Counted from the first letter of the whole stretch, positions 35,906 to 50,380 are shown. The stretch: 62,550 nt of DNA, filler included, from Nemertoderma westbladi (GCA_032718475.1; 4 parts of 4 records of this genome joined end to end with filler, not necessarily neighbours in it); one strand, 5' to 3'. The notes: a model not told the origin generated them from the letters alone. Translations and numbers: made by a program.

Positions 35906-38900
35906 CATCTTCACTTTCACTTTAACCCTGAGTTACATGCTAATAACTAGCTCGTGCTGCAACCCATATAATAAAGAAATTGAGAATAAGAAAACATTAT
36001 ACAATACTCATATTTAATTATATTTGATGCATTCGAACTGTAAAAAATAATATTTCATTCAACTATCCAATGTAAAGTAACTAAGAAAGATAGTCTAAAT
36101 AAAAAAAAACACGGTGTTACATATTCGTAAAATATCTCAAGAAACTCAGAATAAAACAGTGAATCATAACACGTTAAAAGTATCAATTAGATGTAATTTA
36201 TAACTTTACAATTCAAAATTATGATAAAACTTGTCAAATAAAAGATAAATTTTGATAAGTTGAAATTATAACTTTTACACATTTCGAAATATAATTGAAG
36301 GTGATAATTATACACAGTGTGAAGGAACATTATTATCAAAAACAAAATCAATTGTTTTTTTAGTTTTTAAACATTGATTCTATTTGCATGAGATGCGAGC
36401 CATGTTGAAACAAAATAATTGATACACTTACAAATTCAAACATCATTTCATCACATTGCATATGGATTGTTTAAAGCCTGTTCACCTAACACTTATGCTG
36501 TTAGCCATAATATTACAAATTTTGAAACATAGACCAAAATAGCTCGTGTAACGAACAGTGCACAAACAAGGCCCACATTAGAAACACAAAACACTGAAAA
36601 TTAACGATGACTTTTCTTGCGAATAACCGGAGCAATTCGTGTTGTGGTTGTCTAAAAATTTTAAATATAAAAAACAAGAATTCTAAGAAGTAAGTTAAAC
36701 ACAATCTAGTAAAATTAAAAGTTGATTCGAAATATTGAAAAAAGCAATAATTATGAGATAATTAATATTTTATCAGAGTGAAGTCTAACTAAAAGATAAT
36801 AATAATTGTAAGGTATTAAATTTGAAGATGAAAATTATTCAAAAATGATAGAAATCGAAACTAAAATTTGTCCAGGGCGGGTCAAACAAATGTTTTTTTA
36901 GTCTACCGTCATAAATTAACAATTATAGTTAACTAGAATATAATACTAAATTTTACCGGTAATATAATAACTAGGAAGTTGTCTACATAATTCAGTGTAT
37001 TATTATAGCCTAATAACATTATCTAAGCTATAACAACTTCTTTCAATTGTCCCAAACAAAATTTCTAAACGATAAAAATTTCACCGATTAAATATTTTTC
37101 CGAATCAGAACATGAAAAATAAAGAACTATCAAACATTAATTATAATGTAAGTCTTAATAATAAAATAGTGAGAAATATGAAACCTACATTAATTACATA
37201 ATAGCAAGAGTCTTAGTGTAAAACTAAATGATTACGTAATATAGTTAATTAAAAAGATAATAATATAACAATAGCTATAGTAAAATGTGATCAATACACA
37301 AAACTGCGGGGTAGGTAATTAATATCTTAAATATAATCATATCAACACGAATTAATAAAATATCTGATTAATTAAAATTTCATAGGACCGGAATCAGTTT
37401 ACCTATCACTGAATCGATTAAAACCAATTTTATATGGGAGGAAAAATACCTCAATATACATAACTTGAAAGTAAAATATTTATTTCATCAGTGCAAATAT
37501 ACCACTAACTACAAAAAACACTATTTAATTAATTAATTAAATAACTACAAGTAAACAAATTAATCATATATGACAATTTAAACTAACGCCAAAAATCATT
37601 AATAGTAATTTCTACTTATTATAATAAATTTAGATTGATAAAATTTGATTAAGAACTGCATCAAAAAACAAATATATATATATTAATTATCAAATTAATA
37701 ATCAAACTTATATATATATATAATATACGTATATATAACAGTTATATAACATTTCATTTATAACTAAAACAATAATTATATTAACTTTGAATGTAGTTAA
37801 TTAATTACAATTTGCAATGCAACTTCAACTAAAATAAAATAAAATATATTATAACAATATTGTGACTTACAGTAGATCTAATAAAAACGTAGGAAAATAA
37901 GGGAGCCAGTTTATTCCTGCTTACAGCTAGACGATGTCATTACCCTGTTTAGTTAGCTAGCCAGTTATACCACTTTGCTACACGGCGAACACAAAAAGTA
38001 TTTATAAAAGTTACAGCATCAATGTTGACGCGATTTTGCACCATTTATCACAAGCACACTACGCCATAATCCCGTAAAAATATCTATAAAGGTGGACATT
38101 TAGTGAACTTATAGCTAGCTAGCTCTTCAACTGTGTATATATGGCCCATTGTGTATATATATTTGGCCAAAATGGTAATGAAAAAATAAGTTTATTGTTA
38201 TATAGGCACCCTGAAGGTACTCTTAGGGGTATAAGTAGCTAGCTGTAAGCATTTAATTACGTGTGCAATAATATCTATTAACGCAATATAATAAATATAT
38301 CATGAGATTAGCCAGACCATGTAGGAATAACGCACACCCTACCAGAAATATATTTAAATGGCTGTAATATAAAGACGCTATTCCACATCATCAGCGGAGT
38401 TAAGTTAACAACACCGGCATACGAAAACGCCTAGAGCTAATAATCAAGCGATTTAAATATAACAATAAATCTAGCTACCAGCAAAAACAACGGCCAGAAA
38501 TTTTATACAAAACTATGAATGCGAAAATAATACGAAAAAAAGACAAACTAATAAATATATCTGATATAATAATTATATATAACACTATTTATAAAGTAAT
38601 AGTAATAATATTCTGTGTGGCGGGAGTAATAATATTGGGTGTGACGGGTGGTGTATGATGGGTGGATCCGTTAATATTGTAAAGCACATTTCCCGCACGC
38701 ACCACAACAGAACTCCGAAATACGCCAAAAATAATGGATTACAACCAGGAAGAAACCGAATTCTTTTAAAACACGAAAAATACGATAGCTTTAAGTCAGC
38801 ATATAATATATATATAGAGAGAGATAGATAGATAGATAGAGAGAGAAATACAGACAGGTATAGGTAGCGAATAGTGCAAATACACATGGCTGGCTAGTAC

Positions 38901-39019
38901 AGAATCCGACAATAATGATTGAGCGAAGTGCGTTAATGATGGAGAGGTCAGCTCGTTAATGCGGTTAATGCGAGCGCTCATCCGTTATATTATAATATTC
39001 CGCTGACATCGACGCATTC

Positions 39020-39088
39020 TCAGGAGAAGATGCGTATCGCTTGACTTATGGGAGCTTCGCAGACGGGACAATAATGCCCAACAAGCAC
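39020..39088 (-). CDS. MEX3: Terminal coding exon of a MEX3-like KH-RING protein (end of the RING finger)
   Basis: ttttcatttccacccccag|GTG acceptor; VLVGHYCPVCEAPISQAIRIFS* resembles the MEX3 C-terminus CPVCxxxxTQAIRIFS. About 3 kb of AT-rich UTR-like sequence follows. Upstream exons were not found. Confidence 0.72.
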   Translation of the reverse strand: MLVGHYCPVCEAPISQAIRIFS

Positions 39089-39790
39089 CTGGGGGTGGAA
39101 ATGAAAACAAGGTTGTATTAGGTTATGGGTTATGGTTAACCTTGTAGTGTGATCTTTGTGAATATAACATACGGGCAGTAAAAAATGTATGGCAGGCGAC
39201 ACACAAAAAAAACCGTTTCATTTGTAGCATTAAATATTCCAAAAGATATTCAATGATAACCCGAAATCATATTGTATCGCAGAGGAGTTCAGCTGGTTGT
39301 TTGAGTATAATTTTGGAGGCGGTTTTTATTATTATTATTATTTTCGTTCTGAAAATCATTCAATTTTGTAATCGATTTTAGTGACCCCATGGTATATACT
39401 CTGAAGGATATACCAAACACATTTTTTATATTATTTATTATGCCATAGAGGAAAATGGTATATTTTTAACTTTTAATTCGTACACATTTTTGAACTGCCA
39501 AACTAACTTTAACTTTGGTTAATAACGGAAATAAAAGCAAACAGTAACTGTCATTCTCACACTATTAATTGGCAAGGCTTGATTTTCCGCTTTGTCAATC
39601 ATGCGAATATGGCCGCATATGCACCAATATTCCTACAACCAATGCCAATTACCACCCAGAGCACGCTGACTGTATACAGATGGCGACCAGTTACATATCA
39701 TATTAATTCGGTAGAATGTAACGACACGCCGACTTAAGGGGATTTTGGTACATATTAGAAAGCAAGATCACCTCCGGCGACTCCCCTCCT

Positions 39791-39890
39791 NNNNNNNNNN
39801 NNNNNNNNNNNNNNNNNNNNNNNNNNNNNNNNNNTTAATTAATTAANNNNNNNNNNNNNNNNNNNNNNNNNNNNNNNNNNNNNNNNNNNN
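39791..39890. other. Assembly gap spacer
   Basis: N run with a central TTAATTAATTAA. Confidence 0.98.
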
Positions 39891-40715
39891 AGAGTTGAGT
39901 TTATTACGGTAAGTTTTATATCTATGATGATTTGTAACTGTCTTATTTGATACGTATATACTAAACAAGCGATTCTTTTTATTTATACATTTTATTAAAC
40001 CGGAAGTGATCCATGGCTTTTTTGGAGTTGATCTTTTTGATGAAATTTTTGATGGTAAATGACGAGTGCATATATTTTCGAAAGCGGAAAAAAAGTTATT
40101 ATATTTGTCTTTATCAGGAATATTTTCATTTTTATAGTTCCAAGTATTAGGGTCTGCGATTTCTTTAAGAAAGGTTGTTTTATCAAACTTAGAATAATCG
40201 TAGCTATATGTACAATCTTCCTCAGAGAAATGGCAGGAATAATTTGCAACAAGTATAAAAGTGGGTAGATCCGTTTTACCGGTTTCAGTTAAAAATACTC
40301 CCGAGTGACAGATTCCATCAGTGATATTTGTTAGTACATGGTCTAGTAGTGTTCTAGAATGGTCAGTGATGCGTGTAGGTTTGGTTATTAATTGGAAAAA
40401 ACCGTTAGATTGTATAAGCTGCAGGTATTCGTCATTTTTATTGTTATTCCTTAATAGGTCAATATTAAAGTCTCCATTAATTATCACGTCATAATTGTTA
40501 GTTGCCATAGTTGTTAAAGTAGTATCCAGTAAAGCTGTAAATTTGTCAATCTGTACGGAGCCAGGCCTGTATAATGTTCCTATAATTAAAGGTTTACGTG
40601 GGGATCGCTTAATTTCTACCCAGCAGTTCTCTACATCTGGCATTTTAAAGTCATCAGTACGTAGAGTTACAGTAAACCCGTCTCTGACATAAGTTGCAGT
40701 ACCACCTCTTTTTGA
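39891..40715 (-). mobile_element. CR1/L2-like LINE ORF2 fragment (APE endonuclease)
   Basis: Motifs GGTATYV, IGTLYRP, GDFNIDLL, KPTRIT...TLLDHVLTN and KPWITSGL; runs into the gap. Confidence 0.88.
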
Positions 40716-41129
40716 CCATTACCTACCGGTAGGCGGGGTATAGCTATATAGCTATATCATTATAACATGGCTCCAAACGCCACTATAAAATATAAGCTAA
40801 CTTATTTATAACATAATTTATGTCATTTTAACATTTATTTATACAGCAACTAATTTAATTTGTGCAGTTTCTATCACTTATAATGTATATGTACAATCAT
40901 TTCGTAATGTTAAAATTTTGGAATAAAACTACATACATACTTGTTGCAAAGTACTTTACAGTGTTCTGATCCTCGTGGCTTTATTTTCATTCACTCACTA
41001 ACGTTCGTTCGTGTAACAAAGCCACTCGGATCATCACACTGTAAAGTGCTACTTTACACTTAATGGATATTATCATGATGCTTGTTTGTTCTAGAACATT
41101 AATTTCACCTTCTGAGAAAGGTTGGCTAT

Positions 41130-41694
41130 TATTTTTTATTATTATTATTATAAATCTTTATTGCAGGCCACAGGGGCCCATAAAACAGTAAAATTTAATT
41201 AATATAATTATTCAGCACAAAATTAATGCTACCTACCTAACCTAAAAACCATAATCTAAATATTTGATAAATTACGCATTTGAACAATTCTACTTTTAAA
41301 AATACGTTTAACTACGTTTAAAAATTTAAATTCTTATTTTTAAATCACTGATTTATTTTATTTTATTTTACGTGATTTTATTGTATTGTATATCGTATCG
41401 TATTTTGAGTGTAATTGTAATTTGCATTTCATCATATTTTCAACTAATAGAGAAATTAATTATCTTTTTGATGATGTACACCATTAGGTGTATTTTGAGT
41501 GCAATAATAATAATAATTGTACTTATTTTAATTTTTTAAACAGTGGAAAACCTACTGTATAATTGTGTAATAATTCTATTTCCCGTGTTTATTATTATTT
41601 AGCAACAATCCCGTGTAACACGCAGTAGCGTATTTATAAGTTGATGCCAGGTATAATTGTTTGTTGTATTTATGTATTTTAACATGTGTGGCGA

Positions 41695-41725
<31 letters not shown>

Positions 41726-43975
41726 CTTGTGAAAGAAGTAGATTCTACGGTAGTACGAACCAACCGGTTGGTTGAATATAAAACACGTGAAAACAAAGAA
41801 TCTATAGCATTAGCCCTAATATGAATAAACTTAGGTAAGTTAAATACACCAAACATGAACGAAACGCATGTACCATAGCTACACCTAAATAAACGCCTAG
41901 CAGCAGTGTTATACGCAACCCGAATTTTATTATGCACGTCACAGGAGTAGTTAAGTTTAGCCCATAACGCGTTGCAATAAAACTGGGTGCAGAAACAGCG
42001 GAATAGGTTGACCTTAACTTCCGTAGAACAACTACCAAATTTCCTTATTAAACTATTAGCCCTCCTATAAAATGACCTAAGTGGGTTAAGTATATCAGGA
42101 TTATCATCGGTATTGCTGCACAAAATATGTCCTAAATATTTAAGTTCTGTAACTATTTTTAATTTATGATTGTTAATATGCACCTGACCAACATCAACAT
42201 TATTGCACGATTTTGGAAAGTAATACATACATTTAGTTTTCTTCAGATTTACTGTGATACAATGCCCTAGGGCGTACTTTTCAAAAATAGATAATAGTTT
42301 TTGTAGACCGTTTATTGAGTTTGCGCACAATGCTAAGTCGTCTGTGTACATAAGATGATTGGTACGAACATCTGCCATAGCACAGCCCACGTTACAGGAG
42401 TTTAATTCCCTGCTGAGGTTATCCAGGTAAACGCTATAAAGGTAGGGCGAGAGGATACCCCCCTGTTTTGTAACGTTTGTAACCTGAAATGTTTCAGAAG
42501 AGAACCCCCCCCCCCCCCCCCCCCCCCCCAAAGAACGCACAGCTGTTGACATCTATACCAAAATCTTAGTACTCTTATATAAAACAATGGAATGTTCCTA
42601 TCAATAAGTTTCTGAAATAAAGTGTAATGGTGTACAAGATCAGATGCTTTGGAAGAGTCAATAAAACATATATACACCGATGAGTCATTCTCTAGGTAAT
42701 ATTGAATAATTTCCTTAGGGTAAATATGCACAATTCGGTCCCATTGCCTTCCTTAAAACCAAATTGTGAATCTGACTTTAATAGCTTATCACAGAGCCGA
42801 TCGATATACATTACTTCAAATATTTTACTGATTGCTGTAGCAATTGCGATACCACGGTAATTATCTGCACTAGTAATATCTTCATTATTATCTTTTACCA
42901 ATGGAATCATATTGCACATCATAAAAGAAGATGGAATGTAACCATGAACATTGATAAAAGTAAATAGATTGGCTAAATGAACAGACAAACTAGTTGGTCC
43001 GTGAATAAAAATACACCTGATATCCCGTCCGGTCCAGTTGCCTTTCCAGCAACTAGTTTGTCTATCGCAAATATTACTTCTATTGGTTGCACAATCATAT
43101 CACTACTAAATCTAATATTAGAAAAACTATTTTCAATCGATTCCTTTCTAGAATCCGGTTGACCCGCATTGTAGAGGTTCTCGAATTTATTCTTGAACAT
43201 GGCGCAGACATTGGCCTCACCCACTGCATCTCCTACTTTATTGGAGATGGGCGTATGAGAGCCCGTTTGTTTGCGAACATTAGACCAAAAATCGTTTTGG
43301 TTGTTTGAATAAATTGATTCCGCTAGTTTGTCATTACGTATTTTTAATGTATTACGTTTACATTCGCGCATACTGCGCTTAAAATCAAGTTTAGCCTTAA
43401 TATATACAATAAAAATAGGTCCACTTCTGGGACACCCATTTGCCTTCCATAATGAAAACATACGCCTAGAATATTCATATTTACTACGCACAAAGTCGTT
43501 CTAGCCAGGAATATTCGAGTTAGTACCATTATAATTTACTGGTTTCACTGGAATATATAACGCCATTGCACTAATTATACTATTATGGTATGCATCAATA
43601 TCGTTTGCGTGATTATTGCATTGCGAATTATTGCATGTAACTGGGCCAATAATATCCGAAAGCAGTGAGTTTAGCATGGTAGTATAATCTTCAAGTTGTT
43701 TCGTCGTCGCCTTTTGCCAATCGTGCTTGACACCTTGGGACGACGGTTTATTACTAGAAGAGTTACTATCAGCTTGCACAAATAAATCTACGTGTAGATC
43801 TATACTACATGATATAGGAAAATGATCAGAGATGGATAAATTGTAGTGTACAGCAAACTCCTTTACTGATGCAAGCAGGCTGCCGGTGCACACAGCATGG
43901 TCAAGCCATGAACAAGTGCCGTGTGCGGCGCTTACATTGGTAAAAGTGTCTTGTGGGAGGTGAGCCAAATCACAA
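41130..43975 (-). mobile_element. RTE-X-like LINE, frameshifted and interrupted near its 3' end
   Basis: Motifs SWLDH, SDHFP, NYRGIA, QFGFK, QGGILSPYL, YTDD and FCTQFYCNALW. A putative 3' end atgggcc..gcctgcaataaa(ata)n lies near 41130-41185. Confidence 0.85.
41520..41726 (+). mobile_element. 3' end of a plus-strand non-LTR element with a (CTAAA)n tail
   Basis: ggcgaaataaa(ctaaa)5 abuts and truncates the RTE-X ORF. Confidence 0.55.
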
Positions 43976-45488
43976 ATGGTTATTGGTGTATGGTATTATG
44001 GTAGCTAGTGTTTTTAAAGGTAACCAGTGATCTTAAAATGACAAAATAAATTTTGTAGTGCCCCTTTTATTTAGACAATTTCCATATCATCAATTTATTC
44101 TCGAAATGACTAATAAAAAGGTAAATAAATCTATAAATTTTTTGGATGGTCTGGAAAAGATCAAGAAAATAATATTATTAAAAACGATAAAGTAGTCCTT
44201 TAATTAACGGTACTGTATTGACTGAGTATAATAAAATGTATATAATTTACATTTCTGAATAGTAAAAACTGTATTTTGACATCTGCCTATATTTTGTATA
44301 AAAAACTAGCTACCGGTATTGAATAATTACTAGCTAGCAAATATTTGTTCTAGAACAAAGAACTCATAATAAAATGCATTTTACAAGAAAAAGTTGGTCA
44401 AACTTTTTTTCAATTTTTCAATTCTAATTTTTTTACTAGCTAATAAAAAGTACTAGCTAACACAAAATCAAAATTACTAGCTACCATCTTACTGGCAGAA
44501 GGTTAAATATTTGTTCTAGTACAAAAAACCTCATGATAAAAGCCATTTTCATATGAAAAATATAACAGAGTAATGCCCAATAACCTAGTAATTAACATCA
44601 CTAAAGCGGCGCTGTTTCGGCGACTAACATTTTGTCAGATGTTGCTTGTGTTTCTCACCCATTTCCTGTGGCGAATTGATTACACACCAAAATCAGCCTG
44701 TTGCACGCAAGGGTTGTCACCCAGTAATCCCAGTTATCATCTAGTTATGTTATCATAGTTATTTCTGTGGGTAACCTGGCAACCATAATTACATCTCGTA
44801 GTTTTCTATATCAGTAATATTAGTGTTCACTTTTAATTAGTATTAGTGTGGTACTAGTGTGTTATGTACACGCCCCCCCCCCCCCCCCCCCCCACCCTCT
44901 CCTTAAAAATTGTTTACTAGCTAGTTGTTGCTATTTCTTTTTATGAACATGTTTCAGAACATGCTAGTTAAATTAAAAAAAAATTATTAAAAAAGAAAAA
45001 AATTTTAGAACAAATAATTTATGTTCTAGAACATTTAAAAAAATTTCAAAATATATTTTCTTTTAAAAATTCGATTTTTTTATCCGCTAAAATGCGGACA
45101 TAAAAGACTTTATTGTCCGCATACAAAAAAGTAATTATCCGATCAAAGTTCCAAAAATGCGGTAATAAAATATTTATCCAATCAACGATCTAGAATATTT
45201 TTCTGATGATTTCACATTATTTATTCTTGATCTTCTAGATTAAATTACGATGGTAATTATTAATAAATTTAGCATGAAAATGTTTAGTTGTAGTATCTTT
45301 TTAACAAGTAGCTAGTTTAATCAAATTTTTGGTAAGATTATATGATTAACGTTCTGGAATATCACCTTCAATAACACAGTATTGTTAATTAATAGTAGCT
45401 AGTATTATTTAATTACGCAATGGTGCAGAATTGACATCAAATTTGCGATAATTCTAATTCAAAAGGGAATATTTTAAAGAAAGATTAA

Positions 45489-47105
45489 GGGGGGGGGGGG
45501 GGGGGGGGTACACCCCCCTATGGACCTTTTTTGCAAATGGCTATAATTTCTGCTTGTTTGTAATTTTGTATATTTTATACCTTTCGGGCGATTAACATAT
45601 GGCCAAAGATTGGGTTCAAAAAAAATTTTCAAATTTGCGTCGCCCTCTAGCGGCCACCAGCGAAATTGTTAATTTCACTAAAAACACTACTAGTCTCACA
45701 ATTTTGGGCGAAAATTTTCGAAACTTTGTTTTTCTGAATCAGCATCCTCGGCTCCACAAAACTTATCGGTTACATTTTTTATTTAGGTCTTAAATATTTT
45801 TTAAATATTATTAACTAATATTAATTATTACTTAATAGATATTAACTTATTTCAAGAAATTAATATGGCACAATTCAAAATTCTAACCGATAACTTTTGA
45901 TCAAAGCCCGAAAAGAAATCAAACAAAAAAAAAATTTCGAAAATTGGTTCAGAAATGGCTGAGTAGTAGTATTTTGAATGTGAAAAATACAATTCCGAGA
46001 TAAACGCATTTAAAGTTTAAGAACAATATATTTCAAATGTTCCCGCTATTTTCAGTACTGGTATCTCCTTTTCTTTTCCCATTGGTTATCCCCTATCCAT
46101 ATTTTGTGATTTCTCAATGGATTTCATGAAATTTGGTTCAAAAAAACCCCTACCCACTTTTAACAACCTGTTAAAATAATTTTAGAGTGCTTGCCAAAAA
46201 ACACTTCGCGCAGCACGTGAACAAATTACATTTTGGCGTATTGATTTGATCGCATACTATTTCGTCATTTAGTAATAAATAGTCATGGAATAATGAGATA
46301 ACCTTAAGAAACATTCAAAATTATATAAAAATTTCCACATAATTTTAAAATAAGCCTTTACACAGAACATTAAGCTTTGCGCAGCACGTGAAACCTTCGC
46401 GCAGCACGTGAGACATTTGCGCAGCAGGTGAAGGTTTCACGTAGCACTTAAATTCTTCATAAAGCACGTTAATTAATCGAGCACCTCGGAAAGCTTTTTG
46501 ATCAGAATGAGAAGCCTTCACACGGCACATGAAAAGTTCATGCTGCACATGAAGACTTCGCGCAGCACGTGAATTATTCTCAGAGCCTGCGGAATTAAAA
46601 AAAAATAAGTTTATGGTTGTTTCCCAGAATAATTATTACTAGCTATTGTTATATGATGGTTCACATTTGTTATTACTAGTAGACAACTAGTCCATTAGAC
46701 AACTGTTCAATATGTAATACAAAACTCACAAATATCTATTAAATACATATTAATTAAAATTTGACGGACATGTTGACAGACAGACAGACATACATACAAA
46801 CAGGCAGACAAACTGAGAGACAGACTGAGATACAGACATAGTGATTAGATAATTCCAAATATTAAAACAGACATCGACATTAAGAAAAATCCCAACAGTA
46901 AACATTTCAGATTGCTTATTTTATGCCCTTTTTAATATTTTGATGGACAGACAGACAGACATACAGACGGAAAACCAGCCATTACTCGAGAAGTAAAAGA
47001 GATCTCGCTAAGCCGTTTCCAGATTTGAAATCCGCATTAAATTCTACTCTAGATGAAATAAAAAAAACAAAAAATGAAAATTTTGACCTGAGGGGGGGGG
47101 TGTAC
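45489..47105. mobile_element. Possible TTAA-flanked non-autonomous DNA element (Kolobok-like)
   Basis: Reads TTAA(G)nTACACCCCCC ... GGGGGGGTGTAC TTAA at the two ends. Confidence 0.45.
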
Positions 47106-48079
47106 TTAAATGGTAGCTACTACTGGTGTGCTCAATGTACCTTTAACTTCCGATAATTTTATTTAATATATTCATACTAATATTAGTATTCTAAATGTGG
47201 GTTGATTTTGTGCAGAGAAAAGCACATTTTTGCGGGGATTATTCCTCTGCTACGCCTCGGAAAAAATGTGCACATTCTACTATTCCTCGAAAATGCGGAT
47301 AAAAAAAAGTCGGACAAAATAATTATTTATTACGTGGGAAAAAAAGTAAAACTTTTTCTTCATTATTCTCGAGGCATTTTATTTACCGAGCGTCAGCGAG
47401 GTTAATAAAGGGTCGAGAGAACATTTTTTCGTTTTTTTTTTGTTCATTTTTTTTTCGCAGATATACGTTTTTTTCCCATGTAATACGTAATTTTATTCTT
47501 AAATAGGTACTTTTTTGTTGCTTAATTCTATAATAGAAGATCGAGCGATATAGTGTTACAAAATAAATTGAACTGTAGTATTTTATTGCTTCCATATTTA
47601 CTGCTATTCATATTATTCAACACTTCAACTCCTGATGCTGCCTTACTCAATGTTAAAATAATTTAGTGTTCTCGAATAATTATTACGCCACTTGAGAGCC
47701 GCTTAACTACATAAACCAATATTGGATATTGAATTCCGTGTTGGAGTTCGACTTTCAGACACTAAAGTTGCAATGACGTTTAAGTGTGGAATGGATTTTG
47801 CTCAAATTACTTGCATACCTTTTCTACGCCGATGCTCTTTCAATATATGTAACAAATTTTGAGAAATTCCACCAAAAATATTTTACTTTACTTTTTTCGC
47901 CGGGAAAAAAAGTAAAATCAATGCAATCCTATGGGTTACTATTTTTCCCTATGGGAAAAGAGCAACTTTACTCCCGATTTTGGGGTATTTTCGAGCGAAA
48001 AAGTAACAATTTAAGAATAAAAATTGTACTTTCTTTTTGTAAAAGAAATAGTATGGAATGACCTATACAATGTATACAT

Positions 48080-48830
48080 ACTACTACTAGGATCGGCATG
48101 CTGCATTGCAGCTGCATTTTTAAGAATGCTGTGCCGGCTTATCGACAAAATTGCACCGCTACAACTCCCTATCACCCATGACATTTGCTAGATCATCCGC
48201 ATCTTCGAGGCCAGTGTCCTTTAAGATGCGTCTCAAGAAAGTCATGGGCTGTCCACCATGCTTATTCACTCCATGAGGCTGCCAAAGTACAAGATTAAGC
48301 ACTGGCTGGTCCTCACGGCGAAAGCAATGTCCTGCAAAGCGGAGGCGATTTTGTTCTAGTGTCAAGCTTGGAGGAACCAATGAGACACCTCCAATGTTAT
48401 ATAGTGTCTGGATGGAGATGTGTGAATTGTACTTGACACAATGAACCCGGCGTAGCATTCTTGTGAATGTGCCATTCAGAGATTTGGTGTCCTCAGCAGT
48501 TAGAGCCCAGCATGGACTCCCATAGAGGAGTACTGGAACTACTGCTGCACTAAATAATCGGACCTAAGTTTCCGATTAATTCTCGGTGACTTCCAAATCC
48601 TGGAAAGCCTATTCAAGGCTGCGCATGCCTTTCCCTTACGTATTCGAAGGTCCTCACCTGACTTCCGGATCCATAATCCCAGGTAACAGAAGTCATCCAC
48701 ATGCTCAAGCATACCATCTTTTGAGCTTATGCTCATCCGATCAGAGACTTGCTGAGGACTTTCAAAGTTAACTGTCAAAATGTTGGTCTTTCTGGAGTTA
48801 ATAAAAAGACCAACACTAGAAGCAGCATAT
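48080..48830 (-). mobile_element. 3' fragment of the second RTE family
   Basis: Closely similar to the reverse complement of 25918-26541; has a (TAG)n tail. Confidence 0.88.
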
Positions 48831-49899
48831 GCTATCAGCCAGTGCTATCACCTTCAGTATGCAATGCATGTGGTCCCAAATTCCCTCTTGAAATTGTGTC
48901 TATGACAAGCATCTTCTTCAACAATAATCTTCTCAGCTCATCTAACAGCCGAGGCTATTCTCATGTCTTTTCTTGCAAGACCTCTCAATCTCACTCTCCA
49001 GTTTTTATCTTATCAGCCTTTAATCCAATAATTACATCATGAATACCGTCACAATCGGGATCGACTACGTATCCCTTTGTACAGTAGCTACTAAAACGTA
49101 CATTAAGGAATCAAGTCTGTGACCTCAGCGTTGGGTCTTCAGTAGCGGTAATTCATCCATTGTGTTCATTACCGTCTCTTCGCATGCTCTGGACAAGTTT
49201 CGTTTAAGTCTAGTCGAGACTTATTACAGTACAGTATGAAGTCCCATACCCAACGACCCGTCATTCCCTGGCCCAACTAGGTTGTGGCCCACCCAGGGTG
49301 TTGATACCAAGATGACCGTTGCAGCCCAGAACACTGCAGATTTAGTGTAGATCTAAAATTATGCACTGGTATACACATGTACTTGTATATTAAACTGTAT
49401 CTTGACTAACAGAGCAAGGCTGGGCAACACGTCAGCTTTATTTATAAATGCTGGTACTGTAGTCTGGAAGTAGATACGCGTATGCTTAATTATTAATTTA
49501 TAATTAATTATTTAATTTTATTTAAATTTAAATTTATTTAATTAAATTTCTAATTGCTTAATTTATAATAATTAATTAATTAATCTTAACTGCTTAATTT
49601 TCTATCTTTTATCATAGGCCTTTCTCAATGTATTAAAATTATACTGTAATTCGTGCTATTTAAGTATCAAAGACAATTGGCTCTTACTGAAAAAACATTG
49701 GCCGGACAACACCTCTGGACAACACTATGGCTGATACCCCAATGAAAGTGGCTTCTCGGTGGTTCCATCTTAGTGACGAAAGATCTTCCAACAGTGTTCA
49801 CTGCAGCACTGGCGACGGGCCACTATACATTCTGTGACCCATCTTCATGGCCACTACACATTGTGTGACCACACACTTCTTGGCCACACTATACATGTA

Positions 49900-50380
49900 A
49901 TTATTATTATTTTTTTATTATATTATTTTTTTATATTTTTATATTTTTCTTATATTTTTTTTATTATTATTTATTTTTTATATGAATTTTTTTTTATATT
50001 TTTTTAATTATATTTTTAATTTTTTTTTAAAGAATCTTTTTATTATTGTTTTTTAATATATTACCTTTTTTTATGAATAATTTTTTATTTTGTTATTATA
50101 TATTTTTAAAATTTTTAAATATTATTTTAATATATTTTTTTATGAATTTATTTTTTATATGAATTTTTTTTTATATTTTTTTAATTATATTTTTAATTTT
50201 TTTTTAAAGAATCTTTTTATTATTGTTTTTTAATATATTACCTTTTTTTATGAATAATTTTTTATTTTGTTATTATATATTTTTAAAATTTTTAAATATT
50301 ATTTTAATATATTTTTTTATGAATTTTTTTTATTCCATTTAATTTTTTTTATGATTTTTTTAAATATATTTAATATGTAT
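49900..50380. repeat. Nearly A/T-only low-complexity tract with an internal duplication of about 177 bp
   Basis: The block from about 49980 is repeated from about 50157. Confidence 0.8.

Noticed and set aside
41697-41726. (TTTAG)n as a telomeric repeat or RTE-X tail
   Set aside because: Only five units, and it follows a plus-strand AATAAA. It is better explained as the tail of a different element.
49728-49800. Possible hammerhead ribozyme (CTGA...GAAA)
   Set aside because: It lacks the CTGANGA core and convincing stems.
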